Part shown: piece after piece, positions 48,901 to 58,934 of the stretch
Layout of the letters: each line of letters starts with the position of its first letter
How positions within the stretch are numbered: the stretch's first letter is position 1
Origin: Minisyncoccota bacterium
Lineage (GTDB): Bacteria > Patescibacteriota > Minisyncoccia > Phycocordibacterales > XYD1-FULL-46-19
Assembly (NCBI GenBank): GCA_041663165.1
Contig: JBAZRF010000001.1
Span: 736 to 64,735 of the forward strand
Direction: 5' to 3'
DNA length: 64,000 nucleotides
Program-made: the position numbers and the translations under genes
The notes under the pieces: model-generated
Database searches by the model: none
Told to the model about the DNA's origin: nothing
The model's input: only the letters and a program-made list of their open reading frames with translations

Positions 48901-50142
48901 ATGCTAAATCGTTCGTCTGCCAAATTTGTTATTTGGTTTGTTGTTTTGGTGGCAATTATTGCCGCCTTTGGTCTGGGCAATTATTGGGGTCAATCTCGCG
49001 CCGCTAGTCAAATCGCCCTTGACTTAGTTGGTCAAGAAGTTGGTAAACCAGACAAAGTTGATTTTTCACCCTTTTGGAAGGCTTGGAATCTAATTAACGA
49101 AAAATATATTGCCGATAATGGTAATAATCATAGCACGACGACCAAAATCGCCACTGATCAAGACAAGGTTTGGGGGGCAATTGAAGGTCTGACCACCTCG
49201 CTCGGCGATCCTTACTCCGTATTCTTGCCACCCGAAAAGAAAAAACGCTTCGAAGAAGATATCCGCGGTAATTTTAGCGGTGTTGGCATGGAAGTGGGGA
49301 TTAAGGATGAGGTCTTAACTGTCATTACCCCTCTGCCTGATTCGCCGGCAAAGAAAGCCGGAGTGCAAGCCGGTGACCAAGTCGTTAAAATTAACGATAC
49401 AATTACAGCCGGCCTCTCAGCTGATGAAGGGGTTAACCTTATTCGTGGTGAAGAGGGGACAACGGTTCGCTTAACTTTGGTGCGAGGCAAAGAAAAGCCA
49501 TTTGAAATTTCTATCACTCGTGCGGTCATTACCATCCCAACGCTTGACACAAAAAAACTGGCTGATGGAATTTTCGAAATTAAACTTTATAACTTTTCGG
49601 CTACCTCGCCAAATCTTTTTCGAGCGGCCTTGCGCCAATTTATTGAATCTGGTTCAACCAAATTAATTGTTGATCTGCGTGGCAACCCGGGCGGTTTTCT
49701 TGATGCAGCCGTCGACATGGCTAGCTGGTTTTTGCCAGCCGGCAAACCGGTCGTAATCGAGAAACATGGTGGGGGAGTAGAAGACAAAATTTATCGCAGT
49801 GCCGGTTATGATATTTTTAATGACAAACTAAAGATGGTAATTTTGGTTGATCAGGGTAGTGCCTCGGCCGCTGAAATTTTGGCAGGCGCTTTAGCTGAAT
49901 ATGGCAAGGCGATTTTGGTTGGTCAAAAAACTTTTGGCAAGGGTTCGGTTCAAGAACTGATCCCGGTAACGGGTGGCAGCTCGCTTAAATTAACCATTGC
50001 TAAATGGTACACACCCAAAGGCAAATCCATTTCAATTAACGGCTTAATGCCTGATATCTTGGTACCGGTTACTGAAGAAGATATTAAGGCCGGCCAAGAT
50101 CCGCAACTTGAGAAGGCTATTGAAATTTTGGGTAATAAGTGA
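48901..50142 (+). CDS. ctpA: Carboxyl-terminal processing protease (S41, Ctp/Prc)
   Basis: PDZ domain plus S41 catalytic region (DLRGNPGG, ...GSASAAE...). Confidence 0.85.
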   Translation: MLNRSSAKFVIWFVVLVAIIAAFGLGNYWGQSRAASQIALDLVGQEVGKPDKVDFSPFWKAWNLINEKYIADNGNNHSTTTKIATDQDKVWGAIEGLTTSLGDPYSVFLPPEKKKRFEEDIRGNFSGVGMEVGIKDEVLTVITPLPDSPAKKAGVQAGDQVVKINDTITAGLSADEGVNLIRGEEGTTVRLTLVRGKEKPFEISITRAVITIPTLDTKKLADGIFEIKLYNFSATSPNLFRAALRQFIESGSTKLIVDLRGNPGGFLDAAVDMASWFLPAGKPVVIEKHGGGVEDKIYRSAGYDIFNDKLKMVILVDQGSASAAEILAGALAEYGKAILVGQKTFGKGSVQELIPVTGGSSLKLTIAKWYTPKGKSISINGLMPDILVPVTEEDIKAGQDPQLEKAIEILGNK

Positions 50143-50157
50143 TAAGTATTTAATTAT

Positions 50158-50601
50158 ATGAAAATAATTTTACTTCAAGATGTTGCTAAGGTGGGGCGCA
50201 AAAATGAGGTTAAGGAAGTTAATGATGGTTTCGCCCGGAATTTTTTGCTAGGGGCTGGGAGAGCAATTCTAGCCACGGCGGCTAATATTGCCAAAATCGA
50301 GGGATTGAAAAAAGGTAAAAATGAACAGCAGGCCAAAACCATTTCTTCGGCCCAGCAATTAATCGAAACTCTTGGTGATCAGGCGATTGAAATTAAGGCT
50401 AAGGCGAGCGAAGAGGGGCATTTATTTGCGGCGCTCCATGCTAAAGATTTAAGCGCCGAGATCAAAAAGCAATTTGGCTTGGATCTAGCCGAACATCTAA
50501 TTGACCTACCCAAACCGCTCAAAGAATTAGGTGAACACAAAATCGCCCTTCAATTGGGCGATCGCGCGGTACCTCTTAAAATTTCGTTGACGTCTATTTA
50601 A
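50158..50601 (+). CDS. rplI: 50S ribosomal protein L9
   Basis: [21 protein letters not shown] is a typical L9 N-terminus. Confidence 0.88.
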   Translation: MKIILLQDVAKVGRKNEVKEVNDGFARNFLLGAGRAILATAANIAKIEGLKKGKNEQQAKTISSAQQLIETLGDQAIEIKAKASEEGHLFAALHAKDLSAEIKKQFGLDLAEHLIDLPKPLKELGEHKIALQLGDRAVPLKISLTSI

Positions 50602-50875
50602 CCGCCACTACCTCAACGGTTGATTTTGTTTTGACCAAACCAGCAAAACTCAATTTACGTTTGGAGCCAAATTTAACTACACCCGGGACACTGGCGAAAA
50701 TAGTGTGGTCCTTGCCGAGGCGAGTATTTTTGCCAGCCATGATTTTCGTCCCGCGCTGGCGCACAATAATACTGCCCGCTTTAGCCGTTTGACCATCAGC
50801 CAACTTTGTTCCTAGATATTTAGGATTAGAATCACGTAGGTTTTTAGCAGTACCCCCTGCCTTACGATGTGCCAT
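50594..50875 (-). CDS. rpmA: 50S ribosomal protein L27
   Basis: [16 protein letters not shown]...IIVRQRGTK. Its 3' end overlaps rplI convergently by 8 nt. Confidence 0.9.
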   Translation of the reverse strand: MAHRKAGGTAKNLRDSNPKYLGTKLADGQTAKAGSIIVRQRGTKIMAGKNTRLGKDHTIFASVPGVVKFGSKRKLSFAGLVKTKSTVEVVAVK

Positions 50876-50895
50876 ATTGGTATAATATTAACGAC

Positions 50896-51084
50896 ATGAG
50901 TATAAAGGAAATGACAGAAAAAGTAAAGTTTTATTCGTCTTGGTGGCGAGCTCGCGAGAAGGAATTATTTGTTGCTCTACTGGTTGTTTTGGTTGCCCTG
51001 TTATCGTTCGGCCTTGGCCGTTTATCAAAAATTGAAGGTTGCCAACAGCCGGTTCAGATTGAGAATGCTTTACAGACGCAGTAA
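50896..51084 (+). CDS. Small hypothetical membrane protein
   Basis: A TATAAT element lies at about 50881-50889. One TM helix. The start is moved to MSIKEM. Confidence 0.35.
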   Translation: MSIKEMTEKVKFYSSWWRAREKELFVALLVVLVALLSFGLGRLSKIEGCQQPVQIENALQTQ

Positions 51085-51152
51085 CGCCCCGGATCATACC
51101 GATCGATCCGAGGCGCCGTTGATGGGGAAGGAATATACGGGCGTTGTCGTTG

Positions 51153-51665
51153 CTAGTCCCAAACCAGCTCGGAGTATTCGAGCATGATCTGGTCGAGGCG
51201 TTCGGCCGTGAACTTGCCGGCGTCAACCTCTTCCTGGGTGACAATACCACACTTGACCATGTCGTTGATGATGGCCAAGGTTACTGCTGGACAGTTCTTG
51301 CTACGAGCGGCGTTGGTCACTCGCGACCAGAGTGTCTTCCCGCGGAAGTTTAGGCGAGACCATTCCCACCAATCCGTGTCTCTGGGGTCGCCAGCTAGGT
51401 TGGAGGTCCAGACGAAGTGCCACTCCAGATACTCTGGGTTGAAGTAGAAAGTTCGTTCGCCTAGAACTAGTGGCCAGACAAGTAGTCCGCCGTCCCAGCA
51501 TGGGCCGGCTAACTGATCGCCCTCGGGCATTTCCCAGTACCAGGCGGGGACGTCCAACCCTCGGATCCAATAGCACCCCTCAAAGGGGTTTCCGTCGGCT
51601 TGAACGGTTTGACAAACTGCAACCGACAACAACACGAGAACAAAGAACGCATACGACGACTTCAT
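51153..51665 (-). CDS. Hypothetical secreted Trp-rich protein, GC-rich foreign-looking gene
   Basis: Signal peptide MKSSYAFFVLVLLSVAVCQTVQA. 13 Trp. No recognisable domain. Confidence 0.5.
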   Translation of the reverse strand: MKSSYAFFVLVLLSVAVCQTVQADGNPFEGCYWIRGLDVPAWYWEMPEGDQLAGPCWDGGLLVWPLVLGERTFYFNPEYLEWHFVWTSNLAGDPRDTDWWEWSRLNFRGKTLWSRVTNAARSKNCPAVTLAIINDMVKCGIVTQEEVDAGKFTAERLDQIMLEYSELVWD

Positions 51666-51782
51666 GGGCAAATCCTTTCGCGTGGCGCCCTTTATTGGGC
51701 TGTGGGCGCCGGTAGTTCATCCGTGAAAAATTATAGGACAAAAATAAGATAAAAGCAAGTAATAGAATTATTATGAAAAAGA

Positions 51783-52075
51783 CAATTGCTCCCGGCGGTT
51801 TACCCTAACCGGGAGCAATTAGCCAAATGAATCCGTTTGAGATCAGGCACGACAGAGGAAGTGCCTTTGCCTTACACACCGCGGCTTGAAGCCCTTGACA
51901 GATGCGACAATCGAGCTGCCCTTTTCCCCGATATTCGATCTTCCTTCCGGGGTGGGGGATTTGCTCGACGTACTCTTTGTTTCTGCTGGGGGACTCCCAA
52001 GTCTTCGGAAGTGCATAGTTCTTTCTCCTGATTCGGAGTGGCCACAACGGTCACTCATCCTTCCATAAAAATCTT
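51783..52075 (-). ncRNA. Candidate GC-rich non-coding transcript (promoter TTGACT-17-TTAAGAT at ~52075-52110; 12-bp perfect IR terminator at 51784-51820)
   Basis: Only overlapping unconserved ORFs occur on both strands. A promoter-like element and a hairpin plus U-rich tract are on the minus strand. Confidence 0.25.
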
Positions 52076-52134
52076 AACATCGCAGTTGCCATGAAGTCAA
52101 CACATTGTCAACGGGGGATATTTAAAAAGCTGGC

Positions 52135-52143
52135 TGTGGATAA
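52135..52143 (-). promoter_or_regulatory. Perfect DnaA-box consensus (TTATCCACA on the minus strand)
   Basis: The plus strand reads TGTGGATAA, immediately upstream of the iteron-like repeats. Confidence 0.4.
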
Positions 52144-52152
52144 CTACTATAT

Positions 52153-52274
52153 ATGTCGCACAACATAGATTTTGCGACATAGCGCTAGAGCTAATCTAGC
52201 GCTAATGTTGCAAAATCTAATCTTGGCGCGACGTGCTTCCCTATCATGTCGCGCAAGATATTTTGCGGCATAGC
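52153..52274. repeat. Iteron-like array: three copies (direct, inverted, direct) of a ~30-34-bp element with core TAGATTTTGCGACATAGCGCT, plus a 9-bp palindrome AGCGCTAGA/TCTAGCGCT
   Basis: R1 52153-52186, inverted copy 52198-52234, R2 52246-52274. Aligned by eye. Confidence 0.6.
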
Positions 52275-52418
52275 TTTAATTTAATTATTTTATTTAAAAT
52301 ATTTTTCTCGCTTCTCCTAAACTCCGTCACTAATTTTACTAGTCCTTACCCCTAACATTTACTACCAAAAAACCGAAGGATTTAACCCTCCGGTTTTTTG
52401 GTTTTTTGCGTTGATCGA

Positions 52419-52928
52419 TTAGACAGACTTGCCAGTATCCTTACCCCAACAGGGCTTGCTCCAATTCCAATGACGGTTGCCTTCTTTCTTCATTAACCAC
52501 ATGGCGTACTCAATATTGTCGTTGGTCTTATGAATATCGAAGCCCAGAGCCTGACTTTGGCTAAGGTGGTACTTCTCATTGATTTGAAAGATGCCAACAT
52601 CTAGCGGATTTTTATCTCCGCGCATGGCTTTGCCATTTTCATCGTATTGACGAAAGGTGCTCTCGCAATTAGCGATCCGTAGAGCGGTATCGGCATGAAG
52701 ACCGTACTTGGCGCTCGTTTCGATGATTTGATCATAAACAGCGGCGCTGGCGGTAGTTGTTGGGCGCTCAATTGAATAAGTCTTCTCGATAACCGGTTGA
52801 TTGTTATCAAACCTGCTAGCAAGTAAGGGGTTAAGAGCCAAAGCTGGTCCCGTTGTTGAGCTCGCCGTAATGATGAGGCTTGCTAAGCCTATTTGTAGGG
52901 TTGAATAAATAAGCCAATTGAAAACCAC
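52419..52928 (-). CDS. Secreted lysozyme-like / transglycosylase-like domain protein
   Basis: N-terminal hydrophobic anchor. ...IANCEST...GDKNPLDVGIFQINEKYH resembles the catalytic Glu region of lysozyme-like (SLT/Rpf-type) folds. Confidence 0.5.
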   Translation of the reverse strand: MVFNWLIYSTLQIGLASLIITASSTTGPALALNPLLASRFDNNQPVIEKTYSIERPTTTASAAVYDQIIETSAKYGLHADTALRIANCESTFRQYDENGKAMRGDKNPLDVGIFQINEKYHLSQSQALGFDIHKTNDNIEYAMWLMKKEGNRHWNWSKPCWGKDTGKSV

Positions 52929-53191
52929 CTATCGCTTAAGGGCCACAACGGCCAAGCGGTAAATAGTTTAATAAAAACGAGCCTTTTTCTTAATTTCGAC
53001 GATGCCAGCCTTACGGCCGGTTTATCCTACCCAACTAATGCTATTGGTGTAAGCTAACTCTTGACAATAGTAGGATATATGTAGTCTAGCATAAGAGGGC
53101 TTAAAAGTCAACCCAAAAGGGGAGTTTCTACTCCCCTTTTGACTAAAAAACCCTTATTTTATAACGTTATTTTAGAATTAAGGTTTTCTGC

Positions 53192-53482
53192 CTATTTACT
53201 TAAAAATGGTATTTTTAATCCCGAGAGCCAATTGGGCAGACCTTGGCCTTTAAATATCGTATTCCAAGCCTGGCCAATCGGCCCGGCGAGGTATTCTTGA
53301 TACAAATCGGCCAACCAATCCCAGGCCCTAAGGACTATTTGCCAAACGTAGCCAAAATTGGCCCGCCCGGTGTCACTCTCAGCAATCTTCTGCAGATTGA
53401 TTCCCAGATAGCTTAAGATGATAATGGCCACAATTAGTAAAATTATTAATTTTACTAAACCCGATTGAGAGTTGTTGTTCAT
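53192..53482 (-). CDS. Small hypothetical membrane protein
   Basis: One N-terminal TM helix. 96 aa. Confidence 0.4.
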   Translation of the reverse strand: MNNNSQSGLVKLIILLIVAIIILSYLGINLQKIAESDTGRANFGYVWQIVLRAWDWLADLYQEYLAGPIGQAWNTIFKGQGLPNWLSGLKIPFLSK

Positions 53483-53491
53483 ATGCTTATA

Positions 53492-54778
53492 TTATAAATA
53501 ATTTAAGGGATTTAGGTAAGCGTTATAGGAAGCAATTGGCAAAGTATAGGTACCGCAACCAGGCACTTTGCTCTTGAGCGAACTTACTTTTACTCCGTCT
53601 GAAGCATAGAGCGAAAAATGCAAATGGGGTCCAGTTGAGTAGCCGGTGTTACCAGAAAGAGCAATGACCTCTCCCCGCTTAACGCTTTGGCCAATATTAA
53701 CTTTGATTGAAGAAAGATGACCATAGAGCGTCGAAAGCCCATTATCATGTTTGATCAAAATCCATTTACCGAAAGAAGCTCCGGCACAGGTTTTATCGGT
53801 ATCGCCGGTTCCCGCAACCTGTCCATTTTCGGCAGAACGTATTTGGTCGCCAATATTGGCCGCGAGGTCAATGCCATTATGGCCTTTGCCGTTATAGACT
53901 GTCTGATGGCTCTGGGCGAAGTCGGTATTGCCAAAACCCTGAGTGATAAGATGTTTAAGCAATGGCCAGCCGATGGTGCCGGTACCGGTGCTTGGTAATT
54001 TGCTCGGATCAAGAGCGTAGCGCAAATCGGCTTCAGCTTTGGCAATCTCGGCCTCGACTTCCTGTTTTTTCTTTTTGCGGTCGGCGAGCAGTTTTTGGTA
54101 AGCCGATTCTTTGCTCTTGGTCTCAGTTAGCAAGGTGTTCTTAACTTGCTTGGTAATATCAACGGCTTGTTTTTGATCAGAGAGATCTCCTTTTAAATCA
54201 GCTAACTTGTTTTTTTCTTGCTCCTTTTGGCTCTTGTTTACTTCGAGAATCTGTTTGTCGCCCCTTAAGCTGGCAACATGATTATTTAGTTTTTCGCTCA
54301 AGGATTGAAATTTACCGAGATTGTCCCAGAGATCAGTCAGACGGTTAACACTCGCTATTATCTCTGGCAGGTTGCTAGTTTCGGTTTGCTTAATTTCGCG
54401 TAGCGTCTCAGCGAGAACAGTTTTATCATCGGTGATTTTTTCAGCTGTCGTCTGAATATTTTTTGCCAGGTTATTAATATTACTATCGGTTATCACAATC
54501 TTGTTTTGCGTTGAGACGAGGCTTGTTTGTAGTTTTTGTCTCGTCAAGTCAATTTGCTGAATTTCTTTTTTGAGAGAGTTGCCCTGTTGCCTCGTCGTGT
54601 CGATTTTTTGTTCATATTGTTTTATTTCCTCATCCAATTTTTTTACCGTATTTTGCCGATCACTAATTGTGCTCTTAATTTCATCAACCGAAACTGCTAA
54701 CAAAACGCTAAAAGTAAATAAATTAACGATTACAAAAAGTAAACTTAAAAATATATTAATTAAGAATTTTTTGTGCAT
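53492..54778 (-). CDS. M23 family metallopeptidase with N-terminal coiled coil (EnvC-like)
   Basis: HNGIDLAA...GNTGYSTGPHLHFSLY (HxxxD / HxH M23 motifs). Long coiled coil. Confidence 0.85.
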   Translation of the reverse strand: MHKKFLINIFLSLLFVIVNLFTFSVLLAVSVDEIKSTISDRQNTVKKLDEEIKQYEQKIDTTRQQGNSLKKEIQQIDLTRQKLQTSLVSTQNKIVITDSNINNLAKNIQTTAEKITDDKTVLAETLREIKQTETSNLPEIIASVNRLTDLWDNLGKFQSLSEKLNNHVASLRGDKQILEVNKSQKEQEKNKLADLKGDLSDQKQAVDITKQVKNTLLTETKSKESAYQKLLADRKKKKQEVEAEIAKAEADLRYALDPSKLPSTGTGTIGWPLLKHLITQGFGNTDFAQSHQTVYNGKGHNGIDLAANIGDQIRSAENGQVAGTGDTDKTCAGASFGKWILIKHDNGLSTLYGHLSSIKVNIGQSVKRGEVIALSGNTGYSTGPHLHFSLYASDGVKVSSLKSKVPGCGTYTLPIASYNAYLNPLNYL

Positions 54779-56054
54779 GCTTTAATCTTTGAAGACTTTC
54801 CTTTTTGCCTAAAATCGAAGCTACGGTAAATGGGTCGGGCGATTTCTCTCGGCCCGTTAAAGCGACGCGCATTGGCCACAAAACATCGGCCCTCCCCTGC
54901 TCGGTGGCAAAATCCCATAATTTATTTTTTATTTTTTCGGCCGACCAATCACCCCCATCCAGCTTTTCTAAGAGGTCGATTGTCTCATCCAAGAATTTTC
55001 CTTCTCTTAATAATTCTTTCGTCGGTTCGGGTGGCGCGAAAAAGAAATCAAACTCTCCGTTCCCCACTAAATTTTTGGCCTCGCTCAAATTATTAATGCG
55101 TTCCGAAATTATTTTGGCAAGTGGCAAAAACTTTTCTGGTATAAATCTGGTTAGCTCTTCCTCTAACCTGGCTAGGGAGAGACGTTTAATGAACTCGCGA
55201 TTGATCCAATCCAATTTTATTTGGTCAAAAATAGCGCCTCCTTTTTGCACCCTTGACAGATCAAATGATTTTATCAATTCTTCTTTATAAAATATTTCCT
55301 GTTCTGTGCCTGGGTTCCAACCCAAGAGGGCCATATAATTTAAAATTGCTTCAGGCAGATATCCTCGCTTTCGGTATTCAGCAATAGCCACAGCCCCGTG
55401 TCTTTTTGATAGCTTGGACCGATCGGGCGAAAGAACCAGAGGCAAGTGGGCATAGATGGGTGTCGGCGCTCCAATTGCTTCTTGAATTAAAATCTGTCGC
55501 GGAGTGTTAGAAATGTGATCCTCGCCTCGTATCACCTCGTTAACGCCCAGCTCAAAGTCGTCAACAACGACGGCTAGATGAAAGATGGGCTCATCAAGAC
55601 TCTTGGCGATCACAAAGTCGCCGAGATCGGTAGTATCCATCTCTACTAATCCCCTGATCTTATCTTGAAAGCTAACCTTTTTATTCGGATTACGGAAACG
55701 AATGACCTCTTCTCGCCAATCTTTGTCCGGTTCAAGATCGGCCGGCTTTTCTTCTTTGGATAGATAAGCCTTATCTTCGTTGATCAATTGTTGCAGATAC
55801 TTTTTATGAATGCTAACCCGTTTTGATTGATAATGTAGTTCATCATAATCTAACCCAAGCCAATCGAGGCTTTCAATAATGTCGTCAGCGTATTCTTTTT
55901 TTGAGCGTTCGCGGTCGGTGTCTTCAATTCGCAAAATAAATTTGCCACCAGCTTGTCTCGCGGCCAGGTAGCTAAAAACGGCCGTGCGATAGTTCCCGGC
56001 ATGAAAAAGTCCTGTTGGACTCGGGGCAAATCTGGTAACGACATTATTCTTCAT
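54756..56054 (-). CDS. gltX: Glutamyl-tRNA synthetase
   Basis: HIGH-region variant (PSPTGLFHAGN) and KLSKRHG (KMSKS). 432 aa. Confidence 0.88.
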   Translation of the reverse strand: MKNNVVTRFAPSPTGLFHAGNYRTAVFSYLAARQAGGKFILRIEDTDRERSKKEYADDIIESLDWLGLDYDELHYQSKRVSIHKKYLQQLINEDKAYLSKEEKPADLEPDKDWREEVIRFRNPNKKVSFQDKIRGLVEMDTTDLGDFVIAKSLDEPIFHLAVVVDDFELGVNEVIRGEDHISNTPRQILIQEAIGAPTPIYAHLPLVLSPDRSKLSKRHGAVAIAEYRKRGYLPEAILNYMALLGWNPGTEQEIFYKEELIKSFDLSRVQKGGAIFDQIKLDWINREFIKRLSLARLEEELTRFIPEKFLPLAKIISERINNLSEAKNLVGNGEFDFFFAPPEPTKELLREGKFLDETIDLLEKLDGGDWSAEKIKNKLWDFATEQGRADVLWPMRVALTGREKSPDPFTVASILGKKESLQRLKHAQKILN

Positions 56055-57183
56055 GACGCAGGGCGATTTTAAGCACTTCTTCGGCTATCAACTTGGCCGC
56101 CTCGGGCCGGGCAAAACTTTTGGCGCCCCTAGACATCTCAGCGTGCAATTTCTCATCAGTCATAATGCGATCGACCTCAGATAAAACGATTGAAGGGGTC
56201 AAGTTTTTTTCTTCGATTACCACCGCTCCTCCACTTCGAGCATAGGTCAGGGCGTTGGTCCTCTGGTCATGGCTAATTTCTTCGGGAATCGGAATAACAA
56301 TAGACGGTAGCCCCCAATTGGCAATCTCAAACAGGGCTGAACCGGCGCGAGTAATAACAAGCGAGGACACACCCGCCGTCATCCGCATGGCCGAATTATT
56401 AAGATAGTCAAAAATGCGATAACGATTAGCCAAAGGATTATCTTTTAGTAAAAAATTTGCCCGAGCTTGGACCTCGGCAAAATTATTTTTGCCAACCTGG
56501 TGGATAATCTGATATTTGGCTAGGAGCTTCGGTAAAATATCAAGAATAACACCATTGATTTTCATTGCACCGAGCGATCCGCCAACAACGAAGATTACCG
56601 GAGCGTCTTTCTCTAGACGTAAAAATTCTCGCGCGCCAATTTTGACGGGGGTCATTATTTCTTGGCGCAGAGGATTTCCCGTTACTGCCGTGCGATCTTT
56701 TGGAAAATATTCTGTGGCTTCAGGATAAGAGAGGGCAATTCGAACGGCAAATTTACCCGCCCAAAGATTGACTCGTCCCGGGTGTGAGTCCGATTCATGA
56801 ATGATTACCGGGATGCGCAAAATCCTGGCAGCAAGCAACGCTGGGAAACTGGCATAACCACCTTTGCCAAAGATGACATCGGGGTAAATAGCAAAAACTT
56901 TAAAGAGGGCTTTTACCGAGCCCAGCAAAGTTTTAAATAAATCAAAAAAGTTTTTCAGCAGACTTAAGGGCGATTTGTCTCGGCGCAATTTGCCGGCCGA
57001 AATAGGGACAAATTTAATGTTGTTTTCAAATAGGACTTGCTTATTATATGGCGCGTCAGACATAAGAATAAGTTCTGGCTCAACTAATTTCTCAGCCGTG
57101 GCCAAAAGTCTAATTTCTTGAGCGACGGCAATTATCGGATAAAAATGCCCGCCGGTGCCACCACCGGTAAATAAAATCTTCAT
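56044..57183 (-). CDS. murG: UDP-GlcNAc:undecaprenyl-PP-MurNAc-pentapeptide GlcNAc transferase MurG
   Basis: MKILFTGGGTGGHFYP is typical of MurG (GT28). Confidence 0.9.
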   Translation of the reverse strand: MKILFTGGGTGGHFYPIIAVAQEIRLLATAEKLVEPELILMSDAPYNKQVLFENNIKFVPISAGKLRRDKSPLSLLKNFFDLFKTLLGSVKALFKVFAIYPDVIFGKGGYASFPALLAARILRIPVIIHESDSHPGRVNLWAGKFAVRIALSYPEATEYFPKDRTAVTGNPLRQEIMTPVKIGAREFLRLEKDAPVIFVVGGSLGAMKINGVILDILPKLLAKYQIIHQVGKNNFAEVQARANFLLKDNPLANRYRIFDYLNNSAMRMTAGVSSLVITRAGSALFEIANWGLPSIVIPIPEEISHDQRTNALTYARSGGAVVIEEKNLTPSIVLSEVDRIMTDEKLHAEMSRGAKSFARPEAAKLIAEEVLKIALRHEE

Positions 57184-58277
57184 ATTTTTGTTTCGTTTTT
57201 AGATATGTTCAGTATAATACCGACCCCGATTAAAGCAAAGAGAAGTGCTGTTCCGCCATGGCTGATAAAGGGCAGGGGGACACCGGTTAATGGTAGGAGG
57301 CCAAGCATGGCGCCAATGTTGATAAACGCTTGGCTAGTGATGAGCACAATCAGGCCTGTGCCCAAAAGCCGACCAAAAGGGTCAATTACTTTAGACATGA
57401 TCTTGAGTCCCCAAATCGCAAAAGCTAAATACAAGAAAACCAATAAAGAAGCGCCTAACAAGCCAAATTCTTCGCTGGCAACGGCAAAAATAGAGTCCCC
57501 GATTGGTTGGGGTAAGAAGTTAAATTTTTGAACGCTTTGACCAAAACCCCGGCCCATTAATCCGCCCGAACCAATGGCAATCAGGGATTGGTTTATTTGG
57601 TAGGAAGAACCAGTTACATCATGTTTAGGGTTCAAAAATGTTTCAATCCGATCGCGAACATAGGGCCGGGTAAAAGCTAAAAGACCAACCGCCACGATAC
57701 CAAGTAGGAAAAGCAAAAAAAGGTGTCGCCAATGGCCGCCAGCGGCAACAAAAATACCCAAAGCACCGGCGACAATAACCATGAGCGTGCCAGTATCTGG
57801 CTGTAGAAGCATTAACCCACCAACTATTCCTAAAAAAATTAAAAATGGCAAAAAGCCATTACTTAAACTCTGTAAGCGATCTTTCCTAACGCTAGCCCAA
57901 GCGGCCAAAAAAATAATAAAAGTAAATTTAAGAAATTCTGACGGCTGAATCGTGAAGGGTCCAAGGAGAAGCCAGCGTTTGGCTCCACCATAAACAAAAC
58001 CGAGACCGGGAACAAAAACTAGTCCAGTCAAAACAACAGCCAAAGCAAAAAGATAAGGTGAATACGGCTTAATACTCCTGTAGGGTGTATTAGCAAAAAC
58101 AATTGTTAAAATAAGTCCACTCAACAGGACACCTAATTGTTTGAGGGCGACGGTAGTAAAGCTAGCACTATCACGGCCCATTTGACCGAGCGAGGCTGAC
58201 ATAAAAATAGCAAAACCAACCACGATTAAGGTTAGAACGATCAACAACAAAACTCGGTCTGGTCTTTTTGCTCGCAT
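57180..58277 (-). CDS. ftsW: SEDS family peptidoglycan polymerase (FtsW/RodA); FtsW by context
   Basis: 10-TM SEDS protein, co-directional with murG and overlapping it. Confidence 0.8.
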   Translation of the reverse strand: MRAKRPDRVLLLIVLTLIVVGFAIFMSASLGQMGRDSASFTTVALKQLGVLLSGLILTIVFANTPYRSIKPYSPYLFALAVVLTGLVFVPGLGFVYGGAKRWLLLGPFTIQPSEFLKFTFIIFLAAWASVRKDRLQSLSNGFLPFLIFLGIVGGLMLLQPDTGTLMVIVAGALGIFVAAGGHWRHLFLLFLLGIVAVGLLAFTRPYVRDRIETFLNPKHDVTGSSYQINQSLIAIGSGGLMGRGFGQSVQKFNFLPQPIGDSIFAVASEEFGLLGASLLVFLYLAFAIWGLKIMSKVIDPFGRLLGTGLIVLITSQAFINIGAMLGLLPLTGVPLPFISHGGTALLFALIGVGIILNISKNETKI

Positions 58278-58321
58278 TAGCTGGTTATTTTACTGTTTAA
58301 TTATTGATAGAGAATCCGTAA

Positions 58322-58843
58322 TTAATGATTTCGTTCATCATATTCATCATCCGTTAATAAATTCGCATACATTCTTGCTGTTTCCTCGTCTTTGACGCCA
58401 ATGGCCGCTTGAGCGGCCTCAAAAAGTGCATCAGCGAGACTTCTTCGCCAGGCAGGATTTCTTTCTGTTCGTTCCATGTAAAAGGCCACAAGCACCTTAT
58501 TAAAAGCGGCCGGATCATAGGTTTTGTCTTCAAATTTGCCTTGAATCAGGCCAATCTGAACGTTCAAGATCGGTGTAGCTTCAGGGTTTTCTGGGCCGAG
58601 GGTCGCTAATTTTTCGACGGCTTCTTCTCGCGACAGCCCACTCTCTGTTATCGGGGTGTTATTCGTTCTTCTCTCAACAACATCTGGATCATCATCTTTG
58701 AAGGGAAAAGGGACTTCTTTTTTCTCGTCGGGAACCCGGCCTTCCTCCTTTTGTTCTCGAGCTGCTTCTGAAAGTTCTGAAGCGCTAGTCATGGCGCCTG
58801 TTGACAACGGCGCCTGATCGGGTCCTGGTTCATCCCATCTCAT
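58322..58843 (-). CDS. Hypothetical protein with acidic N-terminal region
   Basis: ORF only. Confidence 0.4.
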   Translation of the reverse strand: MRWDEPGPDQAPLSTGAMTSASELSEAAREQKEEGRVPDEKKEVPFPFKDDDPDVVERRTNNTPITESGLSREEAVEKLATLGPENPEATPILNVQIGLIQGKFEDKTYDPAAFNKVLVAFYMERTERNPAWRRSLADALFEAAQAAIGVKDEETARMYANLLTDDEYDERNH

Positions 58844-58934
58844 GTTTTTATTTTATTAAGGTTATTAATTTTAATAACTTAGACTCTTGTCTATAATAAC
58901 AAAAATCTCCGAAAGGTGGTATACTCACAGGGCG

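Noticed and set aside
51805-52068. Multiple 60-80-aa ORFs on both strands in the GC-rich segment.
   Set aside because: They are mutually overlapping and have no RBS. High GC inflates ORF length by chance. The segment is treated as candidate non-coding.
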